Positions 30,005 through 39,509 are shown, numbered from the stretch's first letter. The stretch: 64,000 bases of DNA from Candidatus Endomicrobiellum meruensis (GCA_031282625.1 JAITDI010000009.1:988-64987), one strand, 5' to 3'. Translations and numbers: made by a program. The notes: generated from the sequence alone by a model not told the origin.

Positions 30005-31030
30005 ATGAATAAATTAGTTGTTACTTTTTACAATGTTGGTCATGGAAATTGTACTCATATAATAACTCCAACCAATCAGCATATATTAGTTGATATTGGC
30101 AGCTTGGAGGAATATAGTATAAGTGAATTTCTCAGGACCATATCAGGACAGATAGATATGTTGCACCTGACGCGTCCCCACAAAGACCATTTGTATGATT
30201 TAGCGAGATTGAAAGAAGTTGGATTGTCGCCAAGAATTTTGAGTATATATAGACGTGCTTTCCCTGTTAAACATTTATATAATCAACGTCTCTATAATAG
30301 TAGTAATAACCAAAGACAAATAACAAAATGGCAATTACAACAAAGTCTAGATAAAAAAATACAGCAAACAGCAAATGATTTTTACAATATTTACACAATG
30401 CCTGTTTCATGGAATTCTAATCCTCTCAATCCAGAATACAACAGCGGGGTTACGATAAAAATAGATTTTCCTCCTAACAAATATATAAATCCAGATGACC
30501 AAAATTCATACTCTTCGCTTATATCTATAGAATATTATGATGTTAAAATATTGCTCACAGGAGATAATAACAGAGATATGCTAAAAGAAAGGATATTAGA
30601 CGATACGTCGGATCTTTATAGTCTATCACAATATAATTTATTTGAAAATTCTTTGCGGGCGAGAAATTGGGATGTAAACTTGGATCACTATCGGTTAGGG
30701 GTAAAAAAGAATTCATTTACAGATTTCATAATGAATCACCATGTCCTTCTAGCGCCGCATCATGGCAGGACTACAGATTTCTGCAAAGAATTTTTTGATT
30801 TAGTCAATCCAAATCTTACAATAGTATCTGATAAGAGCATAGAATATGATAGTCAGGATACAACAAGTGATGTTTATAACAATAATAACAAAAAAGGACT
30901 GGTGGTGAATAAAATGGAAAGAAAAGTTTTAACAACTCGCAAAGATGGAACAATTAAATTAATGATATATGAAAATGAAGAATACGAAATCAACACTGGA
31001 ATAAAAGGCTCTTTTTATGGTTATGACTAA
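30005..31030 (+). CDS. standalone MBL-fold hydrolase of the ComEC C-terminal-domain type
   Basis: FYNVGHGNCTHI...ILVDIGS, LHLTRPHKDH (HxHxDH motif with the first His replaced by Arg), SSLISIEYYDVKILLTGDNN, LLAPHHGR, and VLTTRKDGTIKLMI. Confidence 0.75.
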   Translation: MNKLVVTFYNVGHGNCTHIITPTNQHILVDIGSLEEYSISEFLRTISGQIDMLHLTRPHKDHLYDLARLKEVGLSPRILSIYRRAFPVKHLYNQRLYNSSNNQRQITKWQLQQSLDKKIQQTANDFYNIYTMPVSWNSNPLNPEYNSGVTIKIDFPPNKYINPDDQNSYSSLISIEYYDVKILLTGDNNRDMLKERILDDTSDLYSLSQYNLFENSLRARNWDVNLDHYRLGVKKNSFTDFIMNHHVLLAPHHGRTTDFCKEFFDLVNPNLTIVSDKSIEYDSQDTTSDVYNNNNKKGLVVNKMERKVLTTRKDGTIKLMIYENEEYEINTGIKGSFYGYD

Positions 31031-31089
31031 TTAATCAAAGCTGTAATGCATAAACGGTGTTTTTAGTTAACATCAAAAAGGTGGATACA

Positions 31090-31578
31090 ATGGCAGGTGA
31101 TACATCGTTCAAGATACCATTCTACGAGGTAGTTAATAGATTTGTTATAGGAGTAGTTTTTGTAATATTCTTTTTACTCGTGTTCTATGGACAAAGTATT
31201 GATTTTATTCAACCATATCATGTCTTGCTATCTACAGCCTCTGATTTTGTTTTGTTAAGTTCCTTAATGGTAATTGTAATAATTTACATGACAGGATTGA
31301 TAATCAACAGATTTTCTTCTGTATTTATAGAAGAAGTCTTAATTAAACTTGGATTAATTCAAGTTTACGAAAAAAACTACAAAGATTTTAATAAGTGTCG
31401 CAAAAAAGATCTATTTCTTTATACTCTTTCAAGAGAATATGCTCTCTCAAGAGGAAATTTTGCATTATGGATTTTACTGACATTTTTATGTTTATTTTCT
31501 GGACACTGGTTACCTACATTGACTAAGTTGCATTATAGCAATTGTCTTTTTTTTATCTATGAAAAAGCATTCAGGTAA
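31090..31578 (+). CDS. three-TM membrane protein, unknown function
   Basis: ATG at 31090 behind aaggtgga. The alternative is a GTG at 31057. TM segments are FVIGVVFVIFFLLVFY, FVLLSSLMVIVIIYMTGLII and FALWILLTFLCLFSGHW. The 3-prime end may be affected by a T8 tract (see findings). Confidence 0.6.
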   Translation: MAGDTSFKIPFYEVVNRFVIGVVFVIFFLLVFYGQSIDFIQPYHVLLSTASDFVLLSSLMVIVIIYMTGLIINRFSSVFIEEVLIKLGLIQVYEKNYKDFNKCRKKDLFLYTLSREYALSRGNFALWILLTFLCLFSGHWLPTLTKLHYSNCLFFIYEKAFR

Positions 31579-31667
31579 GATAGATAAGATTATTAAAGAT
31601 TTTAAATCTCAACAAGAATGTAGCAGCGAAAAGGTAAAAACAATTTCTAAATAAGTTGAGGAATAAA

Positions 31668-32300
31668 ATGCATGAAATAGAATATGGTATAAAATTGTTG
31701 GCAGATAAATATTCAGATGCCCTTGCTCAACAAATAAAGTTAAGGACAGATGAAATGCGAAATGACGACAAATCTCACTATTTAATATATGAGGTCTTAG
31801 GGATAGATAGAAAAGAAGGCGAATTAATAGATTTATATCAAAACAAAGGTCGTTTCCTATACAAATATGCGGGTTCTTTTTTAGAAGAAGCCACAATTTT
31901 GTGTTTTAAAAATAAATTTTCATATGCGCGGGAAAAAGTTAGAATAAAAAACAGTATTACGCAAAGACCTAAGACAATTGAGATTGATTGTTTGATTAAT
32001 AATAATGCTTTTGAGATTAAATGGAGAGATGCGACGACAGATGGATACCACATAACAAAAGAACATACACGCATCAAAGTTATTCAGAAATATGGATATA
32101 AACCAATAAGACTAATGTTTTATGAACCTAATAGGGGGCAAGCTATTAAAGTTCAAGAAACACTGAAGACAATGTATCTTGGAGTAAACGGAAAGTATTA
32201 TTCTGGAAATACAGCTTGGGAATATGTTAAAGAATATACGAATATTGATTTAAAACAGATTCTGAACAATATCGTCAAGAGTAAACATAGAGGAGGATAG
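31668..32300 (+). CDS. putative type II restriction endonuclease (PD-(D/E)xK)
   Basis: ATG at 31668, 5 nt after the gagga RBS. Motif KTIEIDCLINNNAFEIKWRD (D...ExK). It ends 3 nt before the methyltransferase gene. Confidence 0.6.
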   Translation: MHEIEYGIKLLADKYSDALAQQIKLRTDEMRNDDKSHYLIYEVLGIDRKEGELIDLYQNKGRFLYKYAGSFLEEATILCFKNKFSYAREKVRIKNSITQRPKTIEIDCLINNNAFEIKWRDATTDGYHITKEHTRIKVIQKYGYKPIRLMFYEPNRGQAIKVQETLKTMYLGVNGKYYSGNTAWEYVKEYTNIDLKQILNNIVKSKHRGG

Positions 32301-32303
32301 AAA

Positions 32304-33524
32304 ATGACTCTATTATTAGGCGATTGTAGAGATAAATTAAAGAAAATAAGCAGTAATTCGGTAGATATAATTTATTTAGATCCACCGTTTTATACCCAAA
32401 AGATACATGTTTTAAAAAATAGGAACAGTTCTAAGAAGTACAGTTTCAATGACATTTGGGAAAATTTAGAAGACTATTTAGCTTTTATAAAACAGGTTTT
32501 GTTTCAATTGCGGCGTGTTCTAAAAGAAACTGGGAGCATATTTCTTCACTGTGATAGGTATGCCTGTCATCACCTGCGAATACTATTGGATGAAGCCTTT
32601 GGAATAGATAATTTCCAGAGCGAAATAATCTGGAGTTACAAAAGATGGTCAAACTCAAAAAAAGGCTTGCTCAATAGTCATCAAAATATTCTTTTTTATA
32701 GCAAAACCAAAAATTTTAAATTCAATGGGATATATACTGAATACTCGCCAACAACTAACGTAGATCAAATCTTACAAGAAAGAGAAAGAGATTCTGATGG
32801 TAAATCAATTTATAGAAAAGATAGAATAGGCAACGCAGTTTTACGTAATAAAAACGGCGTTCCTTTATCTGATGTTTGGGAAATCCCTCTTTTGAATCCT
32901 AAAGCAAAGGAGCGTTATGGCTATCCCACTCAAAAACCAGTAATGTTGCTTGAACAGATAATCAAAATATCTTCTGATAAAAATGATGTTATATTGGATC
33001 CATTTTGTGGTAGTGGAACTACTTTGGTTGCCGCAAAAATGAATAATAGAAAATTTATTGGTATAGATATTTCTAAAGATGCTATTTGTTTAAGTAAACG
33101 GCGACTAAACGAGTTAATAAAAACAGAATCGGCTCTATTAGAGAAGGGTGTATATAGTTATATTAACAAAACAGAAAAAGAATTGAGTATACTCAAGATT
33201 ATGGATGCTATTCCTGTCCAGAGAAATGCTGGCGTAGATGGATTTCTGAAAAAACAATATGGTGACAAACCAATTCCAATCAAAATACAAAAAAATACCG
33301 AAACATTAAGTGAAGCAAAAGTAAAATTATTAAAAGTTTGTAAAAACAAAAAGTTTAATTGCTGTATTTTGGTAAGGACTAATAATTTTGAAAGTCCCTT
33401 TCTATTTGAACAAGAAGAGAAGTGCCATATTTTAGTCGTTGATTCCTACGAGTTGACAATTAGAAATTGGTTTAAGCTAAATATTAAAAAACACAATGTT
33501 ATAGAACAGTTGGAGGTCATGTGA
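32304..33524 (+). CDS. DNA methyltransferase, beta-class N6/N4 family (DPPF type) with extra C-terminal Mrr-like domain
   Basis: IIYLDPPFYTQK (motif IV), GSIFLHCD, EIIWSYKRW, YPTQKPVMLLEQII and DPFCGSGTT (motif I). About 130 extra C-terminal residues contain NAGVDGFLK....IPIKIQKN. Confidence 0.9.
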   Translation: MTLLLGDCRDKLKKISSNSVDIIYLDPPFYTQKIHVLKNRNSSKKYSFNDIWENLEDYLAFIKQVLFQLRRVLKETGSIFLHCDRYACHHLRILLDEAFGIDNFQSEIIWSYKRWSNSKKGLLNSHQNILFYSKTKNFKFNGIYTEYSPTTNVDQILQERERDSDGKSIYRKDRIGNAVLRNKNGVPLSDVWEIPLLNPKAKERYGYPTQKPVMLLEQIIKISSDKNDVILDPFCGSGTTLVAAKMNNRKFIGIDISKDAICLSKRRLNELIKTESALLEKGVYSYINKTEKELSILKIMDAIPVQRNAGVDGFLKKQYGDKPIPIKIQKNTETLSEAKVKLLKVCKNKKFNCCILVRTNNFESPFLFEQEEKCHILVVDSYELTIRNWFKLNIKKHNVIEQLEVM

Positions 33525-33934
33525 CTTATAAAGCATTATTATTTCATCATATAGGCATTCCTATTGAAAAATCAAAAATAGGCAAAAATGCTAAGTATTC
33601 GCCACTCTATAAAATGTACACGCAAGGCGGCGTTAATAATTTGGGTCTTCATATACAGTACCATGCTTTTGACTCGGGATCCAGTCTTGACGAAAAAATA
33701 AGAAGTAAAGTTCATGTCGCATTTAAAACGGACAATAATATAGAAGAAATTATTAAAGGGCATGAAATAATAATGCCGCTTTACGAACCTTTTAAAGGAT
33801 ACAAATGCACGATGATAATTGTAAACGATATGCCTATAGAAATAATAGAAACAACTTTGTCTGAAGAAGAAGTTTGGAATGACGAAGAAATTTTAAATAA
33901 TGGCGTTTTATATGGAAAAAATGAAAAAGAATAA
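33521..33934 (+). CDS. VOC/glyoxalase-fold family protein (tentative)
   Basis: 137-aa ORF whose GTG start overlaps the MTase stop (GTGA). It shows the FHHIGIPI and HVAFKTDN beta-alpha-beta-like motifs, and its 3-prime end overlaps the tmk start. Confidence 0.5.
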   Translation: MTYKALLFHHIGIPIEKSKIGKNAKYSPLYKMYTQGGVNNLGLHIQYHAFDSGSSLDEKIRSKVHVAFKTDNNIEEIIKGHEIIMPLYEPFKGYKCTMIIVNDMPIEIIETTLSEEEVWNDEEILNNGVLYGKNEKE

Positions 33935-34562
33935 AGGTATTTTTATAACTATTGAAGGTGGCGAAGGCTCTGGCAAAACTACTCAGTCGCGTTTGTTAAA
34001 AGAGTATTTAGAGAAACTTGGACGTAAAGTTTTGCTCACTCGGGAACCGGGTGGAACTCTTTTTGCCGAATCTATACGCAAGATTTTGTTGAGTCCAGAT
34101 TCGCGACTTGTTCCTCTAAGCGAGCTATTTTTGTATGAGGCGGCAAGATCTCAGCATATGGAAGAATTTATTATTCCTGCATTAAAAGCAGGAAAAGTTG
34201 TTATATGCGATAGATTTACAGACGCTACGGTCGCTTATCAGGGATATGGTAGAAAGCTGGATATAAAACTCATAAATCGGCTTAATAAAGAGGCGACCTT
34301 TGGCATATCGCCAAATTTAACTATATATCTTGATATTGATTCTAAGAAAGGCTTAAACAAAGCAAAATTTTTAGATAAAGAGTCTTACGGGTCAGATGGT
34401 GACAGAATAGAAAGAGAATCTGTTCTATTCCATAACAATGTTAGAAAAGGATATTTAAATCAGGCAAAAAAATGTCATAAAAGAATAAAGGTTATAAAGA
34501 CTCAAAGTACGCCATTAAAAACGCACATGCTTATAAGAAAATATTTGGATGCGGTATTATAA
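33900..34562 (+). CDS. tmk: thymidylate kinase
   Basis: FITIEGGEGSGKTT P-loop, TREPGGT and DRFTDATVAYQG. The start could also be 33912 or 33921. Confidence 0.93.
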   Translation: MAFYMEKMKKNKGIFITIEGGEGSGKTTQSRLLKEYLEKLGRKVLLTREPGGTLFAESIRKILLSPDSRLVPLSELFLYEAARSQHMEEFIIPALKAGKVVICDRFTDATVAYQGYGRKLDIKLINRLNKEATFGISPNLTIYLDIDSKKGLNKAKFLDKESYGSDGDRIERESVLFHNNVRKGYLNQAKKCHKRIKVIKTQSTPLKTHMLIRKYLDAVL

Positions 34563-35524
34563 TGTTTGAAAATATACTTGGTCAACAAAAAGTTAAAGAA
34601 ATACTTTCAAGTCAAATAAAAAGTGGGAAAATAGCCCATGCTTATATATTCATGGGTCAAGATGGCGTAGGTAAGCGCTTGATGGCATCGGAATTAGCTA
34701 AAATTCTTAATTGTACAACAAGTAATTTTCTCAAAGGTGAAGCTGGCTCTTGTGGGGTATGCTCTTCGTGTGACAAGATAACTAAAAATATACACCCAGA
34801 CGTGCATTTTGTAGATTTTGTAAAGCAAGCCCAGCTTGAATGTGGCGATTTAGATAAACAAAAAATAATCAAAATAGAAACTATACGTTATATGCAAAAA
34901 GAAGTATCCACAAAGGTACGTGAAGGCAAGTGGAAAGTTTTTGTAATAGAGCCTGCCGAGAAAATGAATGCAGCGGCAGCTAATTCTTTATTGAAAACTC
35001 TTGAAGAGCCTCCAGAAAATACAATTATAATTTTGCTTGCAAGACATAAAGAAACAATACCTAAGACGATAATTTCCAGATCTCAGACCTTATTTTTTCA
35101 ACCTCTAAGTGCAGATATAGTGTCAACTTGGCTTATGTTAAATTGTTCGCTAGATTCAAACAGAGCAAAAGAAATAGCCGAATTAAGCGAAGGCTCTCTT
35201 GAAACCGCAAAAAAATTAATAGATGAGAAAGAAGCCAAAAGTCTCTCTTTGTGGCGTAAATTAAGAACTCAAAAACTTTGTATTTCTGATATTCTTGAAT
35301 TGTCAAAAAATACAGCAAAATTTGGAGCTCTAGAATGCGTGGACGCAATAACGGCAGAAGCAAAAAAAGAATTTAGAATTTATCCTAGAGAAACCGCTCC
35401 TGCTTTAGATATGTTAAATAATTCAAGAGCATTGCTTTTAAAAAATGTAAATGCTCAAACAGTCTTAGATAACTTATTTTTTGATTTGCAGGGTTTAAAA
35501 ATTTGTGACTTTTTTAATTTTTAG
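34562..35524 (+). CDS. holB: DNA polymerase III subunit delta-prime
   Basis: HAYIFMGQDGVGKRLMA, zinc-module cysteines (CGVCSSCDKI), LKTLEEPP and SRSQ. Confidence 0.88.
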   Translation: MFENILGQQKVKEILSSQIKSGKIAHAYIFMGQDGVGKRLMASELAKILNCTTSNFLKGEAGSCGVCSSCDKITKNIHPDVHFVDFVKQAQLECGDLDKQKIIKIETIRYMQKEVSTKVREGKWKVFVIEPAEKMNAAAANSLLKTLEEPPENTIIILLARHKETIPKTIISRSQTLFFQPLSADIVSTWLMLNCSLDSNRAKEIAELSEGSLETAKKLIDEKEAKSLSLWRKLRTQKLCISDILELSKNTAKFGALECVDAITAEAKKEFRIYPRETAPALDMLNNSRALLLKNVNAQTVLDNLFFDLQGLKICDFFNF

Positions 35525-35631
35525 AAGCGTTTATTGTGTCAAGATATCTTTGCGTAAATTTGTTCCCTATATTCATCAGTTGCTTGCTTAAGGATTCAAA
35601 AATCTAATATCTTCTGAACGCGGACAAAGGT

Positions 35632-35660
35632 TTGACTATTCGGTAAAAATTTGGTACAAA
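35632..35660 (+). promoter_or_regulatory. candidate promoter of rpmE
   Basis: TTGACT, 17-nt spacer, then TGg-TACAAA (extended -10). Confidence 0.4.
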
Positions 35661-35703
35661 TAAAAATGTGTTGGGCGGTAACAAATAAAAGGAGACGTTA
35701 AAA

Positions 35704-36039
35704 ATGAAAGAAGGAATACACCCAAAATATGAAGAAAGCGTAGTTTCTTGCGCTTGTGGTTATACTTTTAAGACTCGTTCAACAAAACCTTCCATTAAAT
35801 TAGAAATATGCTCAAACTGTCATCCTTTCTTTACAGGCAAGCAGAAGCTTATAGATACAGCTGGAAGAGTTGAAAAGTTTCAGAAACGTTTTGCTAAAAC
35901 TGAAGGCAAAACTTTGGTAAGAAAGAAAGCCGAAAGAAAAGTTGTAAAACCAAGAAAAACTACTGGAAAAATACTTACCACTTCTCCAAAAAAGGCAAAA
36001 TCCGCTCCAAAAAAAGATAAAGAAGCTAAGGGTAAGTAA
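35704..36039 (+). CDS. rpmE: 50S ribosomal protein L31 with Lys-rich C-terminal extension
   Basis: MKEGIHPKY...[26 protein letters not shown], followed by a ~45-aa K-rich tail. RBS aaggaga. Confidence 0.93.
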   Translation: MKEGIHPKYEESVVSCACGYTFKTRSTKPSIKLEICSNCHPFFTGKQKLIDTAGRVEKFQKRFAKTEGKTLVRKKAERKVVKPRKTTGKILTTSPKKAKSAPKKDKEAKGK

Positions 36040-36112
36040 TTTTATAAGATAATTTTATGGCAGAATCTTGTCTAGAAAGAGGTTCTGTCATATTTTTTGT
36101 GGACAACAAATT

Positions 36113-37183
36113 ATGTTTTTAGAAAAATTAAAAGCGTTGAGCAATCAATTTAAAGAAGTTGAACAGCAGCTAGGAGATTCTTCTATTGTTTCTAATCAGG
36201 AAAAATATAGAGAATTGACTAAGCAGTACTCTTATTTGCGTCCTATTGCTGAGAAATATACTCAATATTGCAAACTTTTAAATGATATAAAAGATGCTGG
36301 AGAGCTAAAGAAATCTGACGATTCCGAAATACGAGAAATGGCTTTTGCAGAATATGATGATTTAATAAGTAAAAAAGAAAAGTTTGAGTCTGAAATAAAA
36401 GTTTTACTTATACCTCCAGATCCTAATAAAAATAAAAATATTATCGTTGAAATCCGTGCTGGAACCGGTGGAGACGAGGCTGCTTTGTTTGTAGGCGATT
36501 TGTACAGAATGTATACAAGGTTTGCCGATAGAAACGGTTGGAAACATGAAGTTATAGATTCTAACCCCACAGGTCTTGGCGGTTATAAAGAAATTGTATT
36601 TGAAATAAATGGCAATAAAGTGTGGAGTTACTTTAAATTTGAAAGAGGTGCTCATAGAGTTCAAAGAGTTCCAGCTACAGAAGTATCGGGAAGAGTGCAT
36701 ACGTCAGCTGTTACTGTGGCTGTTCTTCCTGAAGCTGAAGAAGTGGACTGTGAAGTAAAGATGGAAGATTTGAGAATAGATACGTATAGAGCTTCAGGTG
36801 CGGGCGGTCAGCACGTAAATAAAACTGATTCGGCTATAAGAATCACGCATTTCCCTACAGGACTTGTAGTTGCCTGTCAAGACGAAAGAAGCCAAATAAA
36901 AAACAGAGCCAAAGCTTTTAAAGTTTTAAGAGCTAAACTTTACGAACAAAAAGTTTTGGAACAGGAAAAGCAGCTTTCGAGTGAACGCAAACAGCAGGTA
37001 GGATCTGGCGACAGATCTGAAAAAATTAGAACATATAATTTTCCTCAGAATAGAATAACTGACCATAGAATTGGCTATAGTGTCTACAACATTACAGAAG
37101 TTATGGACGGAGATCTGTCTGAACTTGTAAACAAATTGATAGAAGCTGATGTAGAATCTAAACTCAAGGAAAACAATATTTAA
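36113..37183 (+). CDS. prfA: peptide chain release factor 1
   Basis: PAT-type decoding region (RVQRVPATE) and SGAGGQHVNKTDSAIRITH. ATG at 36113 (MFLEKLKAL) preferred over the track TTG start. Confidence 0.95.
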   Translation: MFLEKLKALSNQFKEVEQQLGDSSIVSNQEKYRELTKQYSYLRPIAEKYTQYCKLLNDIKDAGELKKSDDSEIREMAFAEYDDLISKKEKFESEIKVLLIPPDPNKNKNIIVEIRAGTGGDEAALFVGDLYRMYTRFADRNGWKHEVIDSNPTGLGGYKEIVFEINGNKVWSYFKFERGAHRVQRVPATEVSGRVHTSAVTVAVLPEAEEVDCEVKMEDLRIDTYRASGAGGQHVNKTDSAIRITHFPTGLVVACQDERSQIKNRAKAFKVLRAKLYEQKVLEQEKQLSSERKQQVGSGDRSEKIRTYNFPQNRITDHRIGYSVYNITEVMDGDLSELVNKLIEADVESKLKENNI

Positions 37184-38035
37184 ATGTTAGACGGCGAAAA
37201 CGTTTATACATTATTAAAAACAGCTACAACGTTTTTAAAATCTAAAGGTTTGTCTGAATCTAAATCTGATGCAGAAGTTTTATTGAGTTTTGTATTGCAA
37301 ACAAAGCGTTCCAAACTGCCTTTATTAAGAAGTCAAAAACCAACCGATAAACAAATGTTGCAATATGAAAATTATGTGTTAAAACGTTCAAATCGCGAAC
37401 CATTGGCATATATAACAGGGTTTGCCAATTTTATGGGTTTTGAATTTAAAGTAGATAAAGATGTTCTTATACCAAGACCAGAAACGGAAATTTTGGTTGA
37501 AGTTGCGTTAAAGATTGCCAAAGAAAAGAATAAAAAATCTGTTTTAGATTTGTGTACAGGTTCAGGCTGTATAGCTATAAGTTTGGCTAAACTTGGAGTT
37601 TTTGAAGATATTGTAGCTTCAGACATAAGCGTTAATGCTTTGGCGATTGCAAAAGAAAATGTACTAATTAACAATGCTTCCAATATCAAATTTATTGAAA
37701 GCGATATTTTTGAAAAAATACCAGATTGCAAATTTGATATGATAGTTTCCAATCCTCCATATGTTACAGAATATGAATACGCTGATTTGGAGACTGAACT
37801 TAAGTTTGAGCCGAAAAAGGCTCTAACAGCGCAAGATGATGGTTTGTTTTTTTATAAAGAGATAGCGACAAATATAACCAAATATTTAACCGTCAATGGG
37901 TATATTATTCTTGAATTAAATTCAAATAAAGCAGAAGATATACGACAAATATTTTCAGATAACAAATACGCAAATATTGAAATAATAAATGACTATTGTG
38001 GACTTCCTAGAGTATTAAAAGCTGTAAAATCTTGA
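37184..38035 (+). CDS. prmC: release factor glutamine N5-methyltransferase
   Basis: LDLCTGSGCIAISLA SAM motif and the IVSNPPYV catalytic motif. It lies immediately after prfA. Confidence 0.92.
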   Translation: MLDGENVYTLLKTATTFLKSKGLSESKSDAEVLLSFVLQTKRSKLPLLRSQKPTDKQMLQYENYVLKRSNREPLAYITGFANFMGFEFKVDKDVLIPRPETEILVEVALKIAKEKNKKSVLDLCTGSGCIAISLAKLGVFEDIVASDISVNALAIAKENVLINNASNIKFIESDIFEKIPDCKFDMIVSNPPYVTEYEYADLETELKFEPKKALTAQDDGLFFYKEIATNITKYLTVNGYIILELNSNKAEDIRQIFSDNKYANIEIINDYCGLPRVLKAVKS

Positions 38036-38151
38036 GATTACAATCCTCCTGCAGGAATGCACGAAGTCGCAGAAAATGTACTTTCTTTAAGATTGCTAAT
38101 ACAAGCTTTATTTTGTATAGATATTTTTATATATAAATTATTGGAGTTAAA

Positions 38152-39408
38152 ATGGATAAAATAATAATACACGGCGGCAAAAAATTGAAAGGGGAAGTTA
38201 TTATTTCTGGATCAAAGAATTCTACTTTGCCTATTTTGTTTGCAACTTTACTTAGTGACGAGCCTTCAATAATAAAAAATGTTCCTTCTCTTGCAGATAT
38301 AGACACGACTGTGGAATTTTTAAATTTTATAGGTAAAAAAACTGTTAAAAAAGGGAATACTATAAGAACTTATTCTTCTTGTAAATATAAACATATAGCT
38401 CCTTACGATTTGGTCAGAAAAATGCGGGCAAGCGTTTTAATAATGGGACCGTTGCTTGCAAGACTTAACCGTGTTGACGTTTCTTTGCCAGGAGGCTGTA
38501 CTATAGGGGCAAGACCTATAGACATGCACTTAGATGCTTTTAGAAAACTTGGAGCCGAAATTTCTATTGAAGGCGGATATATTAAAACCTTATCAAAAGA
38601 TGGGCTTAAAGGTGCTGTTATAGATTTAAAGTTTCCAAGCGTTGGAGCCACTGAAAATATTTTGCTTAGCGCAGTTTTAGCTAAAGGTAAAACTACCATA
38701 ATTAATGTAGCTAAAGAACCTGAAATAGAAGATTTGGTTGATGTTTTAAATAAGATGGGGGCTAAAATAAGTGGTGCGGGTACAGAAAAAATAATTATTG
38801 ATGGTGTTGACAGTTTACGAGGATTTACACATGAAGTAATTCCCGATAGAATAGAGGCTGCGACATATATGATAGCTGCAGCTATTACAAAGGGTGACGT
38901 TGTTCTTAAAAATGTTACTCCAAAGCATATTGAAGTGGTAAGTAATAAATTGAAAAAAAGCGGGTTATGTGTTAAGGAAAATAAAACGAGTATTAGAGTT
39001 AAATGGGTTAGAAATTTAAAGCCTCAAAATATTAAAACAGAAGTCTATCCAGGATTTCCGACCGATGCTCAAGCTCAGTGGGTGGCTTTGATGTGTCTTT
39101 TAAAAGGACATTCAAAAGTAGAAGAAACCATATTTGAAAACAGATTTATGTATGTTGCGGAATTACAAAGGTTTGGAGCCAATATAATGGTAAACTCTAA
39201 GGTAGCCAATATAACTGGAGTCGATAAATTCTCAGGAGCCCCCGTGATGGTTTCAGATTTAAGAGCAGGAGCGGCTCTTGTATTGGCTGGTCTTGCGGCA
39301 GAAGGCAAGACTGTAGTATCAAGAGTTTATCATCTTGATAGGGGTTATGAACTGCTTGAAAAGAAACTTAAAAAACTCGGAGCAGATATAAAAAGAGTGC
39401 ATTCCTAA
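38152..39408 (+). CDS. murA: UDP-N-acetylglucosamine 1-carboxyvinyltransferase
   Basis: ISGSKNSTLPILFA, and LPGGCTIGARPIDMHL containing the catalytic Cys. Confidence 0.95.
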   Translation: MDKIIIHGGKKLKGEVIISGSKNSTLPILFATLLSDEPSIIKNVPSLADIDTTVEFLNFIGKKTVKKGNTIRTYSSCKYKHIAPYDLVRKMRASVLIMGPLLARLNRVDVSLPGGCTIGARPIDMHLDAFRKLGAEISIEGGYIKTLSKDGLKGAVIDLKFPSVGATENILLSAVLAKGKTTIINVAKEPEIEDLVDVLNKMGAKISGAGTEKIIIDGVDSLRGFTHEVIPDRIEAATYMIAAAITKGDVVLKNVTPKHIEVVSNKLKKSGLCVKENKTSIRVKWVRNLKPQNIKTEVYPGFPTDAQAQWVALMCLLKGHSKVEETIFENRFMYVAELQRFGANIMVNSKVANITGVDKFSGAPVMVSDLRAGAALVLAGLAAEGKTVVSRVYHLDRGYELLEKKLKKLGADIKRVHS

Positions 39409-39480
39409 AAAAACATATAAAATTTTCTTAATTTGAATGAAATCAGTATTAATATTAACAATAATAGAAACTGCTAGCTC

Positions 39481-39509
39481 TTGAAAACAATTATAGGTTT
39501 TGATAAAAT
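39481..39509 (+). promoter_or_regulatory. candidate promoter of the rpsB-tsf operon
   Basis: TTGAAA, 17-nt spacer, then TGa-TAAAAT. This implies a ~165-nt leader. Confidence 0.4.
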
